A program made the translations under genes and the position numbers. From the NCBI RefSeq assembly GCF_024521635.1, contig NW_026250421.1:62001-126000 (forward strand): a stretch of 64,000 bases of DNA. The letters are read 5' to 3'. Origin of the DNA: Tricharina praecox. Taxonomy: Eukaryota. Numbering within the stretch: the first letter of the stretch is position 1; every line of letters begins with the position of its first letter. Shown here one piece after another: positions 12,932 through 24,170 of this stretch. The notes beneath the pieces were generated by a model, which made no database searches, was not told the DNA's origin, and saw only the letters and a list, made by a program, of their open reading frames with translations.

Positions 12932-14156
12932 TCATAATCTGCTCTTTCTTTGTGCCAGTGCGTTCGATAGAACACGGATGGCCTCGTTTGCTGAGCCCAC
13001 GGAATTCTGGAAGCTGCAATAGGGAAAGGTGGTGCCGTCAGTAGGGAGAGGTTGACACGTGCTCGGAATGGATGAATGAACGACTTACCCTGTACCGCCA
13101 TGGCCATAGTGATGGCAGATGATCCTTTCCCGCCCGCCTACATTGACCGGCTCGATCTCGATACGAATCCCGCCTTTCCGGGCCGGCCGCCGGCCAATCT
13201 GCGATTGAATAACATCGAACTTTCCGTCCACCAGCAGCTCCGGTGCAAGCAGTTTACACCGCTCCAGAATCATCTCGGTCAAGTCTAGGTCGACATTGTC
13301 GCTCCTGTTTCCATCAGCGTCCGCGAAACGGGCACGAATCATCATGCCGTACATACCAATCATCCTTATCCTTCGAAACCCCCAGAATCGTCCCCTCCCC
13401 CGGCCTCCTGAGCACTGCATCCTGCCACCCACTCTTGGTCTTCCTGAACTTCACCGCCCGACACTCGCCCCGCACCAGCACCGTCTGTCCTTTAATAGGA
13501 TACACCTTTTCGTCCCCCGCCAGGATCCTCGCGCCCATGCCCGTACAATTCACAACCACATCCACATCCGTCCCAAAACACTCCTCGAGTGAGGCTACCT
13601 CCCCCCTCACCGTCACCACGCCCAACTCTCTACACCTCTCCAGCAAGTAGTGCATATACCTTACCGGATTGATAGCAAAAGTAGTATACTGCACGCCGCA
13701 GCACACGCCGTCAGGGAGCTCCTGTGATTCCAGGACCCTAAAGTCCTTCACGTAGTGTTTCCACACGAGTGCTTTGAAGTCATCCACCGTCTCGTCCGTG
13801 TGCTCCTCCCAGTAATAATACGATGGGGTCAGCGCGAGTCCCGTTTCCGCCGCCGCGGGTGCGTGGGAGCACAGGGACAGCCAGGATTCGTACGTCTCCC
13901 GGTCGGCGCGCTGCACGAATGGGTCCGCGCTTTGGCTGCGCCAGTGCGCGCCCGCCCGCGGCGAGGTGTACGAGAGCGACCAGTCGCCAGGGAAGTGCGC
14001 GGCGATGAGAGTCACCTGTGGACGCTGCGAAGTGCGCAGGAGGTGCAGCGCCGTTTGCAGGCCGATTACGCCCGCGCTGCTGAGGTTAGCTGGGGTCTGT
14101 AACTACATGGAATGGGCGTGAGGGAGGTACCCGAGGACTACTATGTGATCCGGCAT
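12932..14156 (-). CDS. D-amino-acid oxidase (FAD-dependent), peroxisomal
   Basis: MPDHIVVLG|AGVIGLQTA, YTSPRAGAHW, VVVNCTGMGA, YPIKGQTVLV, GRRPARKGG, HHYGHGGTG|FQNSVG. The spliced last exon ends ...KSRL* (PTS1). Confidence 0.93.
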
Positions 14157-14260
14157 TGTGGTGAAGTTCCAGTGGGTTGGAATGGGAAGTGGGGGATATG
14201 GATGAGGACTTGTTTACAGGAATTTACTTGGACACCTGCAGGAAGGAGATCATGACGGGG

Positions 14261-14327
14261 ATGGTGGAGGAGGCTGAAGGATGGTGGAGGAGGCTGAAGG
14301 ATGGTGGAGGAGGCTGAAGGATGGTGG
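14261..14327. repeat. Perfect 20-bp tandem repeat (ATGGTGGAGGAGGCTGAAGG) x3 plus a partial copy
   Basis: Read directly; lies in the DAO/pinin divergent intergenic region. Confidence 0.95.
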
Positions 14328-14716
14328 TGAATGCATGTGTGCAACTACTGTCAGTATACTAGTTACTTTATCCCTTCAACTATATTTCTTCCCCGATCCA
14401 CACCTCATAGCCTGTACGAATAAAAAGCACAAGTACAATGTATTTGGAAACGCCGTTTCTTCGAAGGGATTAACGTTTCGAGTGAGTTTCCGTGCACCAT
14501 TTTTGAGCCTCTCATCTCACGCGGTCGTCGCTTCTCTACTATCAAATACCTGGGTGAGCACTACTTTTATACTCCTCCATCCCACACCCTGCTCGAAACA
14601 AGCTTCCCCAATTAAACCCAACCAACCACCACCGCCGTCCAAAAAATAGCCCGTCTCCACGAACCCAAACGCGACACCCACACCACCCCCGCTTCCCAGG
14701 ACAACCGGAAATACAG

Positions 14717-15826
14717 ATGGACGACGGAGAAGCTGTGTATGTGCCCACGCGACTCGGAAACCGAAACGCGAGTACAAGCTAATGTGAAAGGCGAATGCAG
14801 AACAATCGCATCTGCAGTCGTAGTGCCCGAGCACGATGATGCTATGCCCTCCGGCTCCCCCGAGCGCTCGAAACGTCGATGGCCAGGGGGAGCAGCAGTA
14901 GAAGCCGAGGCACCAAAGCGACAGCGACTCTCGGACGCGGGAGTCGGCGGCGGCGAGGCGGGGGAGGGGGAGCCGGACACACGCGAGAACCGGAGACAAA
15001 AGCGGATGGAGGAGGAGAAGAAGCGGGGGAAGCGGCTGTTTGGCGCGCTGCTGGGCACGATCGGACAGTTCCAGAAGGAGACTACTACTAGAGGCGCGCG
15101 CGCGGCGCAGGTCAAGCGGAAGGAGGCCGAGGCGAAGCTGCAGGAGAAGATGAAGGCCCAGACGGAGGAGATCGATGAGCGCAGGAAGAGGGAGGATGAT
15201 GTTGTCAACCTGAGGAGGAGGGTCGAGAGTAGGGACTTTGAGGAGCGGGCGGTAAGCTGTCCCTGAAGGTACCGGAACGGGCGAGGGGCCGGACGACTGA
15301 CAGCTCGTAGATGCACATACGACATGCCAACCTACTGGCACAGGCGAACGTACTGGCTACAAGGACAACACCGAAGTTGGTATGTTTTCGACGGCCGGGG
15401 TTGTGTCACCGAGTGGGACTGACTTTCGAGTAGTTTTACCTTCCGTGGAAGCTATTACCGTCAGATGAGGAAGCCATCAGGTCGCAGATAGAAGCCGCAG
15501 AGGAGACCACCAGGACCCAGGAAGACGCCTTCCGAAAACTACGGGAGCAGGACGAGATAGACATGCAGGCGGCGGGAGGACTGGATACCGTCGCGGACAA
15601 CCTTGATCCGACAATCGATCAACCGGATATCTCGATCCACACACCGCCGCCCCACGACGATATCGCTGAGGAGTTGCATGATGGAGAGTTGGGTGCGCAG
15701 ACTGATGGACACGGCGAGAGCGCTGATAGAAATCCGGTGGCTACCCACGAAGAGAGGAGAGACTCCGACATCGGTGATCCGGTAGACATCACCGATGATG
15801 GTGGGGAAGACACCGTTATATATTAA
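14717..15826 (+). CDS. Pinin/SDK/MemA-domain protein (multi-exon)
   Basis: MDDGEAV|TIASAVVVP, EEKKRGKRLFGALLGTIGQF, a coiled coil, FYLPWKL, and C-terminal DDGGEDTVIY*. Confidence 0.85.
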
Positions 15827-16287
15827 CGGAACTACGGGAAGACGGCGACAGGTGGAGAGTCGTACCGAGACATGATCTTACAAGAGACATCTCAGGACTG
15901 AATGTACATAGTATACCTAGTAGCACCATTGGTTCGTGGATCCGCTGCCAGATGCCACGAAGTCTCTGTTAGTAGAGGACAGGAGTTTGTACCTATTCCA
16001 CAGAATATTTAATGAGTTGGATAAAACATGATACTGTCGGCCCCGTAGAACGAAATTCATCCTTCCCAATGCAAAGAAAACTTCCCGTCCCGATTTGACA
16101 TGGCCCCCGCCGATCGCAACCCCGCGAGGGTATCACGAGCAAGGTGCGGCATCTCCAACTCTGGTGCCGAGGGCAAACATGCATGGGATATATAAACACT
16201 CGGCAAAGAGCCACCGGTTGAAGATTCCCCACAGCCTCACCTCATCTCATCTCATATTACCTTGCTTAGCTCGAGCTCAAGCTCGCC

Positions 16288-17595
16288 ATGCCTTTTGAAC
16301 CGATTCGTCCAAAGGACGACCCCCGTGTAACTCATGAGTTTGCTGTCCTGAATGGAAGGAAGTACCGTAAGCTCTCCCCCTCGCTCTTGCTGTGCTGATT
16401 GCACAATTGAGGAACCTCTGCAGATTACGTCCATGGGCTTCCCCAGCAACAGCCACCAAGGGCAACAATTCTATGCGTATGTCCTCCCGCATGAGATGTC
16501 AATCCGGGTTGACTGACCGATAACTTTAAAGATACATGGATTCCCAGACCTCTGGTGTACGTCCCCCACTCCATCCCAGAGCCCCAGCGCCTTATAGACT
16601 GATGTCTTCATCCACCAGACTCATGGCGTCACGTCATACCCGGCCTGCTGGCAATGGGCCTCCGAGTTATCGTGCCAGACATGATCGGCTACGGGCAGAC
16701 GGTTCGTCGTCCCTCCCGCCGTATCTCAAGCCGTCACTAACGCCTTAGCAGGACATGCCAATCGTGACCTCCCCCGAATCCTACGCGGCATACAGCTGGA
16801 AGTCGTCCAGCGACGACATGGCGGCTTTGCTCGCCCACCTGTCCATCCCGCGCGTGATCCTTCTCGGCCACGACTGGGGCGGTGCGATCGTCTCGCGCAT
16901 CTACCTACACCACCCCGACGTCGTCTCCTCGATCATTTCAGTGTGCACGGCGTACTACCCGCCCATGCGCGAGTACATGCCCATCGCCGCGGTCGCGCGG
17001 CACATTCCCAGCTTCACGTACCAGGTCGCCTTCTGCGATCCGCAGACCGAGCGGGACGTCAAGACTCCCGAGGATATCGGCCGGTTCCTTCGCGGGATCC
17101 ACCGCGGCCTCGGAGATGGCTTCGACGGGAAGATCCAGGTCACCGCCGATTTCATGAAGGAGCTGGGAGATCAGCCGCGCGGGAAACTCATGACTGAGGA
17201 AGATTTGGCGTATTATGTCGAGCAGTACTCGAGGAATGGCATGCATGGACCGCGTGAGTACCCCCCGACACCCCCGACACCGATAGCCAGAAGCTAATGG
17301 AAAGAAAGTCAATTGGTATAAATGCCGCTACGAAAACTACCTGGATGAGAAGGATCTCGAGACGGCGACCATCGACGTTCCGTACCTCTACGTAGCGGCC
17401 ACGCATGACATCGCCACGCCGCCGTCCATGGCTGCCCTGCAGAGCAAGTTCATACCGAACCTTACCGAGCGCTCGCTGAAGGCTAGCCATTGGATTCCCG
17501 AGGAGGCGCCGGAACAGCTGCTGGAGATACTGCAGGAGTGGTTGGGCCGCACGGGTTTTGGGTCCCATGCGGCTGTCGATGAGCCGAAGCTTTAA
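16288..17595 (+). CDS. Soluble epoxide hydrolase-like alpha/beta hydrolase (multi-exon)
   Basis: HGFPD in a 23-nt exon (16532-16554), PDMIGYGQT, nucleophile GHDWGG, catalytic SHW.PEE; ends DEPKL*. Confidence 0.9.
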
Positions 17596-18037
17596 AAGAG
17601 TGGTAGTGGTAGTGGTGGCGTATGGAGAGGGAAAAGTAGTATTTGCACTTGTGGTGACAGTGGTAGTGGATGACTTGGCTGTTGTTTTGGAGCTTCCCAC
17701 ATTATGGAAGAGTCCAAAAGGATACTTGTCACTGGTTTCGTACACTCGGCCTCGTGATGTGCAAAAAGTGAATTTTAAATTCATTGTAAAGGCGTGTATT
17801 CAAGAGTAACAAAAAAGTACCCATATTTTATGGCCCAGAGTTTCGTGTAGAGATCCTCTGCAGCCATAGAAGATAGCTTCAACGCCAGCTAGCCAGTAAT
17901 TCGAAAGCCCAGATTATATACAGAACACCAAGCAAGGAAGCCAACATAAGAGCAAACGCCAACGCAGCGCTGTATCGTGAAAGAGACTCAAACACGCCAT
18001 GTAATGAGTGCGGGTGCAAAAAGAGGCGAAAAGAAGA

Positions 18038-19299
18038 TTATGAAGTCATAGGCTGATCAACAGTTCCAATGTCCAATCCCAAATCAAGGGGTGGAAGTTC
18101 CGAGCCTTTCCTGGTGGCCCTCGCGCGGTCTTCACTCCACGCCCGTAGCTTGATGAGGCTACGAATCTTGGGTTCCTTCGCCATCCCTTGAGCCTCCATG
18201 ATGGTCTCATTGACTTGTGCAGCTACGCGACGTCTCAGAGCCGGATCCATCAGCTCGGCCAACGGAGGAGCAAGGTTATCCTTGGGAAAACATAGCAGAG
18301 CCATCGTCCGCTCGAGGTCCTCCAAAAACGAAGCATTTCCGGGAGCCCTGGGTGCAAGATGGGTGGTTGCGAATTCAAGGGCAGGGGTGATGTCGCCATC
18401 GGGTGTGGAGGTGCACTTGCGGATCAACTCAATGAGCTGCAAGCGGAGGAGGGAAAAGTGGAGCGAAGGGTCTGTATCCAGTATCTAGTTCATGTCAGCT
18501 TTGATGTCTCAATCAAATATCGAGATCAAAAAAGGTAATGAGGGGTGTTGCTCATATTGAAGACTGAAGTTTCGGTTTACGTCTCATCACCGACCCGAAG
18601 GTCTGAGAGTGGTGCATGATAAACATTTAATCCTTGCAACGGGAGGGTATATGCGGGCAGAAATGCAGAGGGAATGAATAAGCGTAGGTTACTGACCTCA
18701 GGATGCAAACAGTTGATCCGCTCTATCGCCAACTGTATGTTGCCACAGTGGATGTCGTTCCGAATGTTTATCCTCTCGTCCATAGCCGGCATGTCAGCAT
18801 GAGGCTGAATGCCAGCCTCTTTGGCGAAGTTCATGGCAGCCTTCTGATATCCTTCGTTGATGAGATAGTTCATGACCAGATGGTTCAGGTGACTAGTAAT
18901 CGTTGTTAGCCAAGAAAGTTCAGGAATAAAACTGACAGCATCAACGAAGTGGATGGGAAATCCAGGTATCAGAGACAAGTTAACATATTCTCTAACATGG
19001 TAATTTCAGAGAGATTCCCAACTTGATTTATACTCATCCTGTAGGACGGTGGGTCGGGTGAAGTGCAAAAGGGATAGCCGAAAGAGAGCAAAGGAGTGGG
19101 ATGAAGGCATACCTTTTGGAAACATTGACCTCGTCCACCCTCCGCTCAAAGTCAGAGGCATAAGCCTTCCGAGTTGAAGCAGCAGCACGAGAAGCCTGGG
19201 ACCCATCCTCATCATCGTATCAGTGCGATGCTCGAGACATCGGTGCAAACACAAGGCTGAGAGGCACTCATGATCGCCCAAGGACAGCGAACTGACCAT
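18038..19299 (-). CDS. GID8: GID/CTLH complex subunit Gid8 (LisH-CTLH-CRA), 4 exons
   Basis: ATG-only first exon (start inferred), FERRVDEVNVSK|SHLNHLVMNYLINEGYQKAAMNFAKEA (LisH), HPE|ILDTDPSLHFSLLRLQLIELIR, LERTMALL. Introns 19196-19296, 18893-19112, 18485-18696. Confidence 0.88.
18547..18640 (-). ncRNA. Intronic box C/D snoRNA, snR40/U32-like, with two antisense elements
   Basis: Minus strand: GTTGC stem, C box AGGATTA, guide CATGCACCAC (antisense to 18S GUGGUGCAUG), D' CTCA, internal hairpin, C' GTGATGA, guide ACTTCAGTCTTCAA (antisense to LSU UUGAAGACUGAAGU), D box ATGA, GCAAC stem. Lies in the 212-nt GID8 intron 3. Confidence 0.85.
18965..19045 (-). ncRNA. Intronic box C/D snoRNA, U79/SNORD79-like
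   Basis: Minus strand: C box AGGATGA (19040-19034), guide TGGGAATCTC (antisense to LSU GAGAUUCCCA) before D' CTGA (19009-19006), terminal D box CTGA (18972-18969). Lies in the 220-nt GID8 intron 2. Confidence 0.78.
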
Positions 19300-19822
19300 A
19301 TTGGACAAACTCGACGATGATGTGACTGATAATGAGGGGGCGCGTATCCTCGTGAAGAGGAGCCGGCAAGAGGCGGGCGGGCGAGGTCAACCCGAGGAGA
19401 GAAACAAAAAGGAAGATTTGTTGAGGTGGGGGTGGGATGCGCTGGTTTATGTAGGAAGAGGGTTTGGCCGATTATAGGTAGTGCTGTGAAGAAGAGATCA
19501 AAGTTTGTCAACTAGCCCTTTCCCAGAGCTATCGGTGCCAAGCCCGCCCTCAAGTTTTAGCCGCCAACCCTAACCCTCAGTCACGGTGACCACCGGCTCG
19601 TGCTCACGCGACCGCCACGTCTCGGTACATCTGGTACTGAGGGACTCGGTGCTCGTCAGGTAACAGCATGCAGATACATGTACCCTCGTGGCCGCCTGCC
19701 GCATAACTCACCTTAACTATCACCCCTCCACAACTCGTGTCGTCGAGTACTTGTGCTTCTAGGCGCAAGTAGAAGTTCTCCAGAGCTTCCATATCCGTCA
19801 CCGGCTTCCAGTCAGGAACAAG

Positions 19823-21693
19823 ATGTCGCCTACGGCACCTGTACACTACAGTCCTCCATGGGCCAACACGCATGTGAGAAGCCGTGGTAGAATAAGCTCC
19901 GTATTTTTAGTTCATTGGCTGACTTTTCCTTGTAATAAAGATCATCGGCATCGCCGGCTCTAGTGGCTCTGGAAAGACATCTCTGGCAGTCAAGATTGTT
20001 GCAGCGCTCAACCTGCCGTGGGTTGTGATTTTATCTATGGTATTCCCCAGCAGGGACATATATTACTTGCATGTCGATCCATAATACCGCTGCTAAGCAT
20101 CTGAACCTCTTTAAAGGATTCCTTCTATAAAACTTTGACGCCCGAACAATCGAAGCTGGCTTTTGCGAACGAATATGACTTCGATGCTCCTAGTTCCATA
20201 GACTTCGATATTTTGGTCGAGAAGTTACGGGATCTGAAGCAAGGGTTAGTTGCAGCTTCAAGAAGAGGGGAATTGCGTACTGTTGACTATGGCTGAACCC
20301 CGTTATCATATGCAGGAGGAAGGCGGAGATTCCGGTGTATTCCTTTGAGAAGCATCAGCGGCAGCCACAGACGACGACTATCTACTCGTGCCACGTATTG
20401 GTCCTTGAAGGCATATTTGCACTCTACGATCAACGGGTTTTGGATTTGCTAGATATGAAGGTCGGGACATTTTCCGGTATAAACGTTCCAAGGAGTATAA
20501 AGCTGAGGTGACGGTGCTCTAGATCTATGTCGACACTGATGCGGACGTCTGTCTGGCACGAAGGCGCAAGTGCCCGCCTGCCCATTTTGTTGGTATAATG
20601 CACTGACCGACACTTCGTAGTGGCCCGTGATATCAAGTACCGTGGGCGAGAGTGTGTTCCCTATCTCGAGGATAAAGCTCGGTCATGAGCTGACACCTTC
20701 CTCTAGACTGCAGGGCGCAATCAAGCAATGGATGACTTTCGTCAAGCCAAACTATGAGCTATATGTCGAGCCACAGCAGAGGAACGCCGGTCAGCAACTC
20801 GCCCATGGAAGCCTCCTTCTGAACTAACCTCGAGCAGATATAATGGTACCAAGAGGCATAGAGAACACCACCGCCATACGTTAGTGTCCAGGCTCGAACC
20901 TCACCCTCTACTAACAATAAGCCATAGAGATGATCGTACGCCACATCCAACGGGCTCTCCTCAAGAAATCTGACGAGCACATCGCCTCCCTCCGCAAACT
21001 GAACCAAGGCTTCGAGGCCGAGGAGCCCCTGGCACCCAATATCAAGGTTCTCAAGGAATCCAACCAGTTGACAGGAATGCACACCATCCTGCATAATCGG
21101 GACACACCGCGCGAAGAGTTTGTCTTCTATTTCGACCGCATTAGTACGTTATTGATTGAGCGGGCCATGGACCATCTCGACCATGACTGCAAGGAGGTGG
21201 AGACGCCGCAAGGGTTGATGTACAAGGGTTTCACGTTGCGGGGAGAGGTAAGCGGACCGTAAACCCCGAGCGAACTGACCGGTTGACATATATGAAGGTC
21301 AATGCTGTGGTGGTCTTACGATCTGGCGGCACCCTCGAAGTAGGTCTCAAGAGAGTGGTGCCTGACGCAAAGATTGGCAGGATACTGATCCAGTCGAACG
21401 CACGAACCGGTGAGCCAGAGCTACACTATCTCAAATTGCCTCCAACCCTACACCAGCACAGTGTCCTCGTGCTGGACCCACAGATTGCCTCGGGAGCTGC
21501 TGCTCTAATGACCATCACCGTTCTGAAGGATCATGGAGTGAAGGAAGAAAACATCGTTTTCGTGACGTACTTGGGTAGTGTTGCTGGCCTGAGAAGAATG
21601 TCCAAGGTCTTCCCCAAGGTCCGGATCGTTATTGGAAGGATCCAGGATGCGTTTGAGCAGCGGTGGATTGATGAGAGATACTTTGGATCATAG
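19823..21693 (+). CDS. URK1: Uridine kinase with C-terminal UPRTase-like domain (multi-exon)
   Basis: YSPPWANTH|IIGIAGSSGSGKTS P-loop, DSFYK, EYDFDAP, VLEGIFALYD, FVFYFDRISTLLIERA, IGRILIQSN..TGEPELHY. Confidence 0.95.
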
Positions 21694-21906
21694 GTGACGA
21701 ATGCATTGGTTCATACGACGTTCGTTACTGTTTATTCTATGGCTGGATACCAAATCCGAAGCTCGCATTTCGATGCCGGCAGGAAGAGGGCAGATACACA
21801 TGTAAATGAGGAAATCAAGCATCCGCATATTGGGTTTATTATATACGTTCTACTAAATGGGTAACTTCTAGAGCCCCCCACAAGTAAAAGAAAAGACTGA
21901 GGTGAT

Positions 21907-22678
21907 CTATTTAGTCCGGATGACCTTCAACTTCGACGGCGAGTGCACGAAGTTGGCAGCGTATGACTTCGACCTGAACTCTCTGACGTTGGGCTCCTGA
22001 ACGAACCAATCATAGCCTACCCCATGTCAGCATATGCCATCCCACACTCGCCCATACGCATTGCATACCCTGCTTCTCAGCAAAGTGAATAGCATCCTCC
22101 TTGCTCTTGAAGAACATGTCAGTTGCATGCATAGCATCACCAGTCGACTGCCAGCCCATCAGAGGGTTCTCCCATCGGTGACCACGGGTGAGAACATCCC
22201 AATCCATCTTCCACTGCCTCCCTTTCCAGTTGCCGGACTGTGTGGCCGTCTTGGCAGGCTTGTAGATGCGGACTGTTCTGGACTGGAGCTCAACGGGGGC
22301 ACCGGAGATGACGCTCGCGGCGAGGACATCGTCTGGACCGCGATCCTCCGGGAACGAGGGAATGGGCGAGTACGCGCTGTACCCCGCTCGCTGTCAGCAG
22401 CTGGTGGCGGTGCGTGAGGATCGTGTGAGGTGGGGGTGTTACCCGGTGGCAGAGTCGATGGGGGTCTGCGATGCGGCCCAGGGGACGGAGGCACCGGCGT
22501 TGGTCAACTCGCTAGGCTCGGCGTCAGCGGAGGGGGCGGCGGTCGTACGTCGCGGCGCGACATCTGTCGTGTTGTCGGTGCTGGTGGTCTTGTGCCGGAT
22601 TGCGACGATGGGAGCTCGGACGATCGGCAGGCGAGCGGCGAGGAGAAACCTCGAGGATGTAGTGCGGAAGAGCGACAT
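21907..22678 (-). CDS. NDUFS4: NADH:ubiquinone oxidoreductase 21 kDa / NDUFS4 subunit (3 exons)
   Basis: Arg-rich mitochondrial presequence, [55 protein letters not shown]...KVIRTK*. Confidence 0.95.
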
Positions 22679-22961
22679 GATTCCTGTCCGCAGCAGTTGT
22701 CGTTGTTGTTGTGGTGGAGTGGAGAGGTTGTGGCAGCGGCGGGGGTTTAATGAACGTTTTGGTGAATTCAAGCTGCCTTGTGGTTGGCGGCTGTCGGGGT
22801 CAAGCAGGAAACGCCGCATGTGGCTTGTGAGCTCTGACTAACCGACTTTTTCCGGGAACCATCATCATCTTCGCTCCCATACGCCCGCTTGATCCGCCCG
22901 CCCTCCCACGTTATCGAAAACTCCACTCCACTCCTCCCGTCGACCAACTAAACTCGCCGCA

Positions 22962-23665
22962 ATGTCCATCGTCTTCCGCCGTGGTATTTCCACCATCATC
23001 CCTCCCAAGGTCGCCTCGCCGAACGTATGTCTCCCCCGCCCCCCCCCCCTCCCCGCATGTATGTGGCTAACCAATGACCCGTAGGCCGTAAGCCATACCT
23101 CTCCCTAGCATATACACACCTCGCAGCGCTCAATTGACACGCTTTCTCCGTCCACAGATCGGGGCCGCCAAGGATGCCGCACGCATGAGCCGTGTCGTGG
23201 ACTTCTACAGCAAGCTCCCCCGAGGTTCGTGATTCGTGATCCGGCGGCGCCACCTCCGCACCGCGAGCAGTCAACTGAGCGCAGTATGCATACAGGTCCC
23301 GCTCCGGCCATCAAGCCTTCCGGCCTCCTCGGACGTTACCAGGCCCGTTACTTCGGCGACAAGCCCAGCGCCATGCGTATGTCCCCCCCGCTCCGCGCAC
23401 CCGGCCCGATATGTGATCGTAGATAAGGGCTAATCAGACTTGTTCACAGCGCTTATCCACCTGATCGGAGGTCTTATTGCGGTATGAACCGTTCCGCGCT
23501 CCTCCGGACACCCCTCAGTCCAGCGTACTGACAAAACCATCTCACAGATCGGATACGCTCAGCAATACTACTTCCACCTGCGTAAGTCCTTCTTCCCATC
23601 CTTCCCTCGGCTATATACGGAACTGACAGTGCTCGACAGGCCACCACAAGAACAACGCTCACTAA
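22962..23665 (+). CDS. ATP17: Mitochondrial F1Fo ATP synthase subunit f (7 exons, including a 3-nt micro-exon)
   Basis: Spliced product MSIVFRRGISTIIPPKVASPN|A|IGAAKDAARMSRVVDFYSKLPRG|PAP...RYQARYFG...PLIHLIGGLIA|IGYAQQYYFHL|RHHKNNAH*. Absent from the ORF track. Confidence 0.95.
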
Positions 23666-24170
23666 GCAGTCCCCCGGAACCGAAATTGTAGAATAGTTGG
23701 TCGGTGGAGTCGGTTCGATGAACAAATGATACAGATTAGATTTTGACAGACCCCCGAATCATCTAGTCCCGTTTCCTAGATCTCCCGAATACTTACCCAT
23801 AAAACAAGAAAACCCCCCCGTCTACGGCAGACGAACAGCATCATTACACTATCCCAATCAAACATACACGCACGCACGTCCCAGCGTGTGTACTCAAGAA
23901 GAAATAGTAGAGTACAAATGAAAGAACAAAGGCACGAGAGTGTAAACAAAACCGCACCGTAGTACATAAGACCATAAAACAAAAAAGGAGGAAATAAACA
24001 TAACATAACATAAAGTAAAAACGCCCCAAATACAACTCCCATCACCAATCAAGCTGTATTTAACCTTAAGCCGAGTAAATCAAATGGAAGGAGTATCGAA
24101 TCCAAACGGTCATCCACAAAGCTACCTTTCTTTTCGCTCTCAGACGGAGAGTGAGGATGCGAAAAAGGGA

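Noticed and set aside
14261..14327. CRISPR-like array
   Set aside because: No spacers, and the context is eukaryotic.
11272..17595. Oxidoreductase + DAO + epoxide hydrolase as a biosynthetic cluster
   Set aside because: No backbone enzyme, transporter or regulator; interrupted by a splicing-related gene and flanked by housekeeping genes.
19565..19577. CAACCCTAACCCT as a telomerase template or interstitial telomere
   Set aside because: Only two units, within a ~520-bp divergent GID8/URK1 promoter with no room for a kb-scale RNA; at most a telo-box motif.
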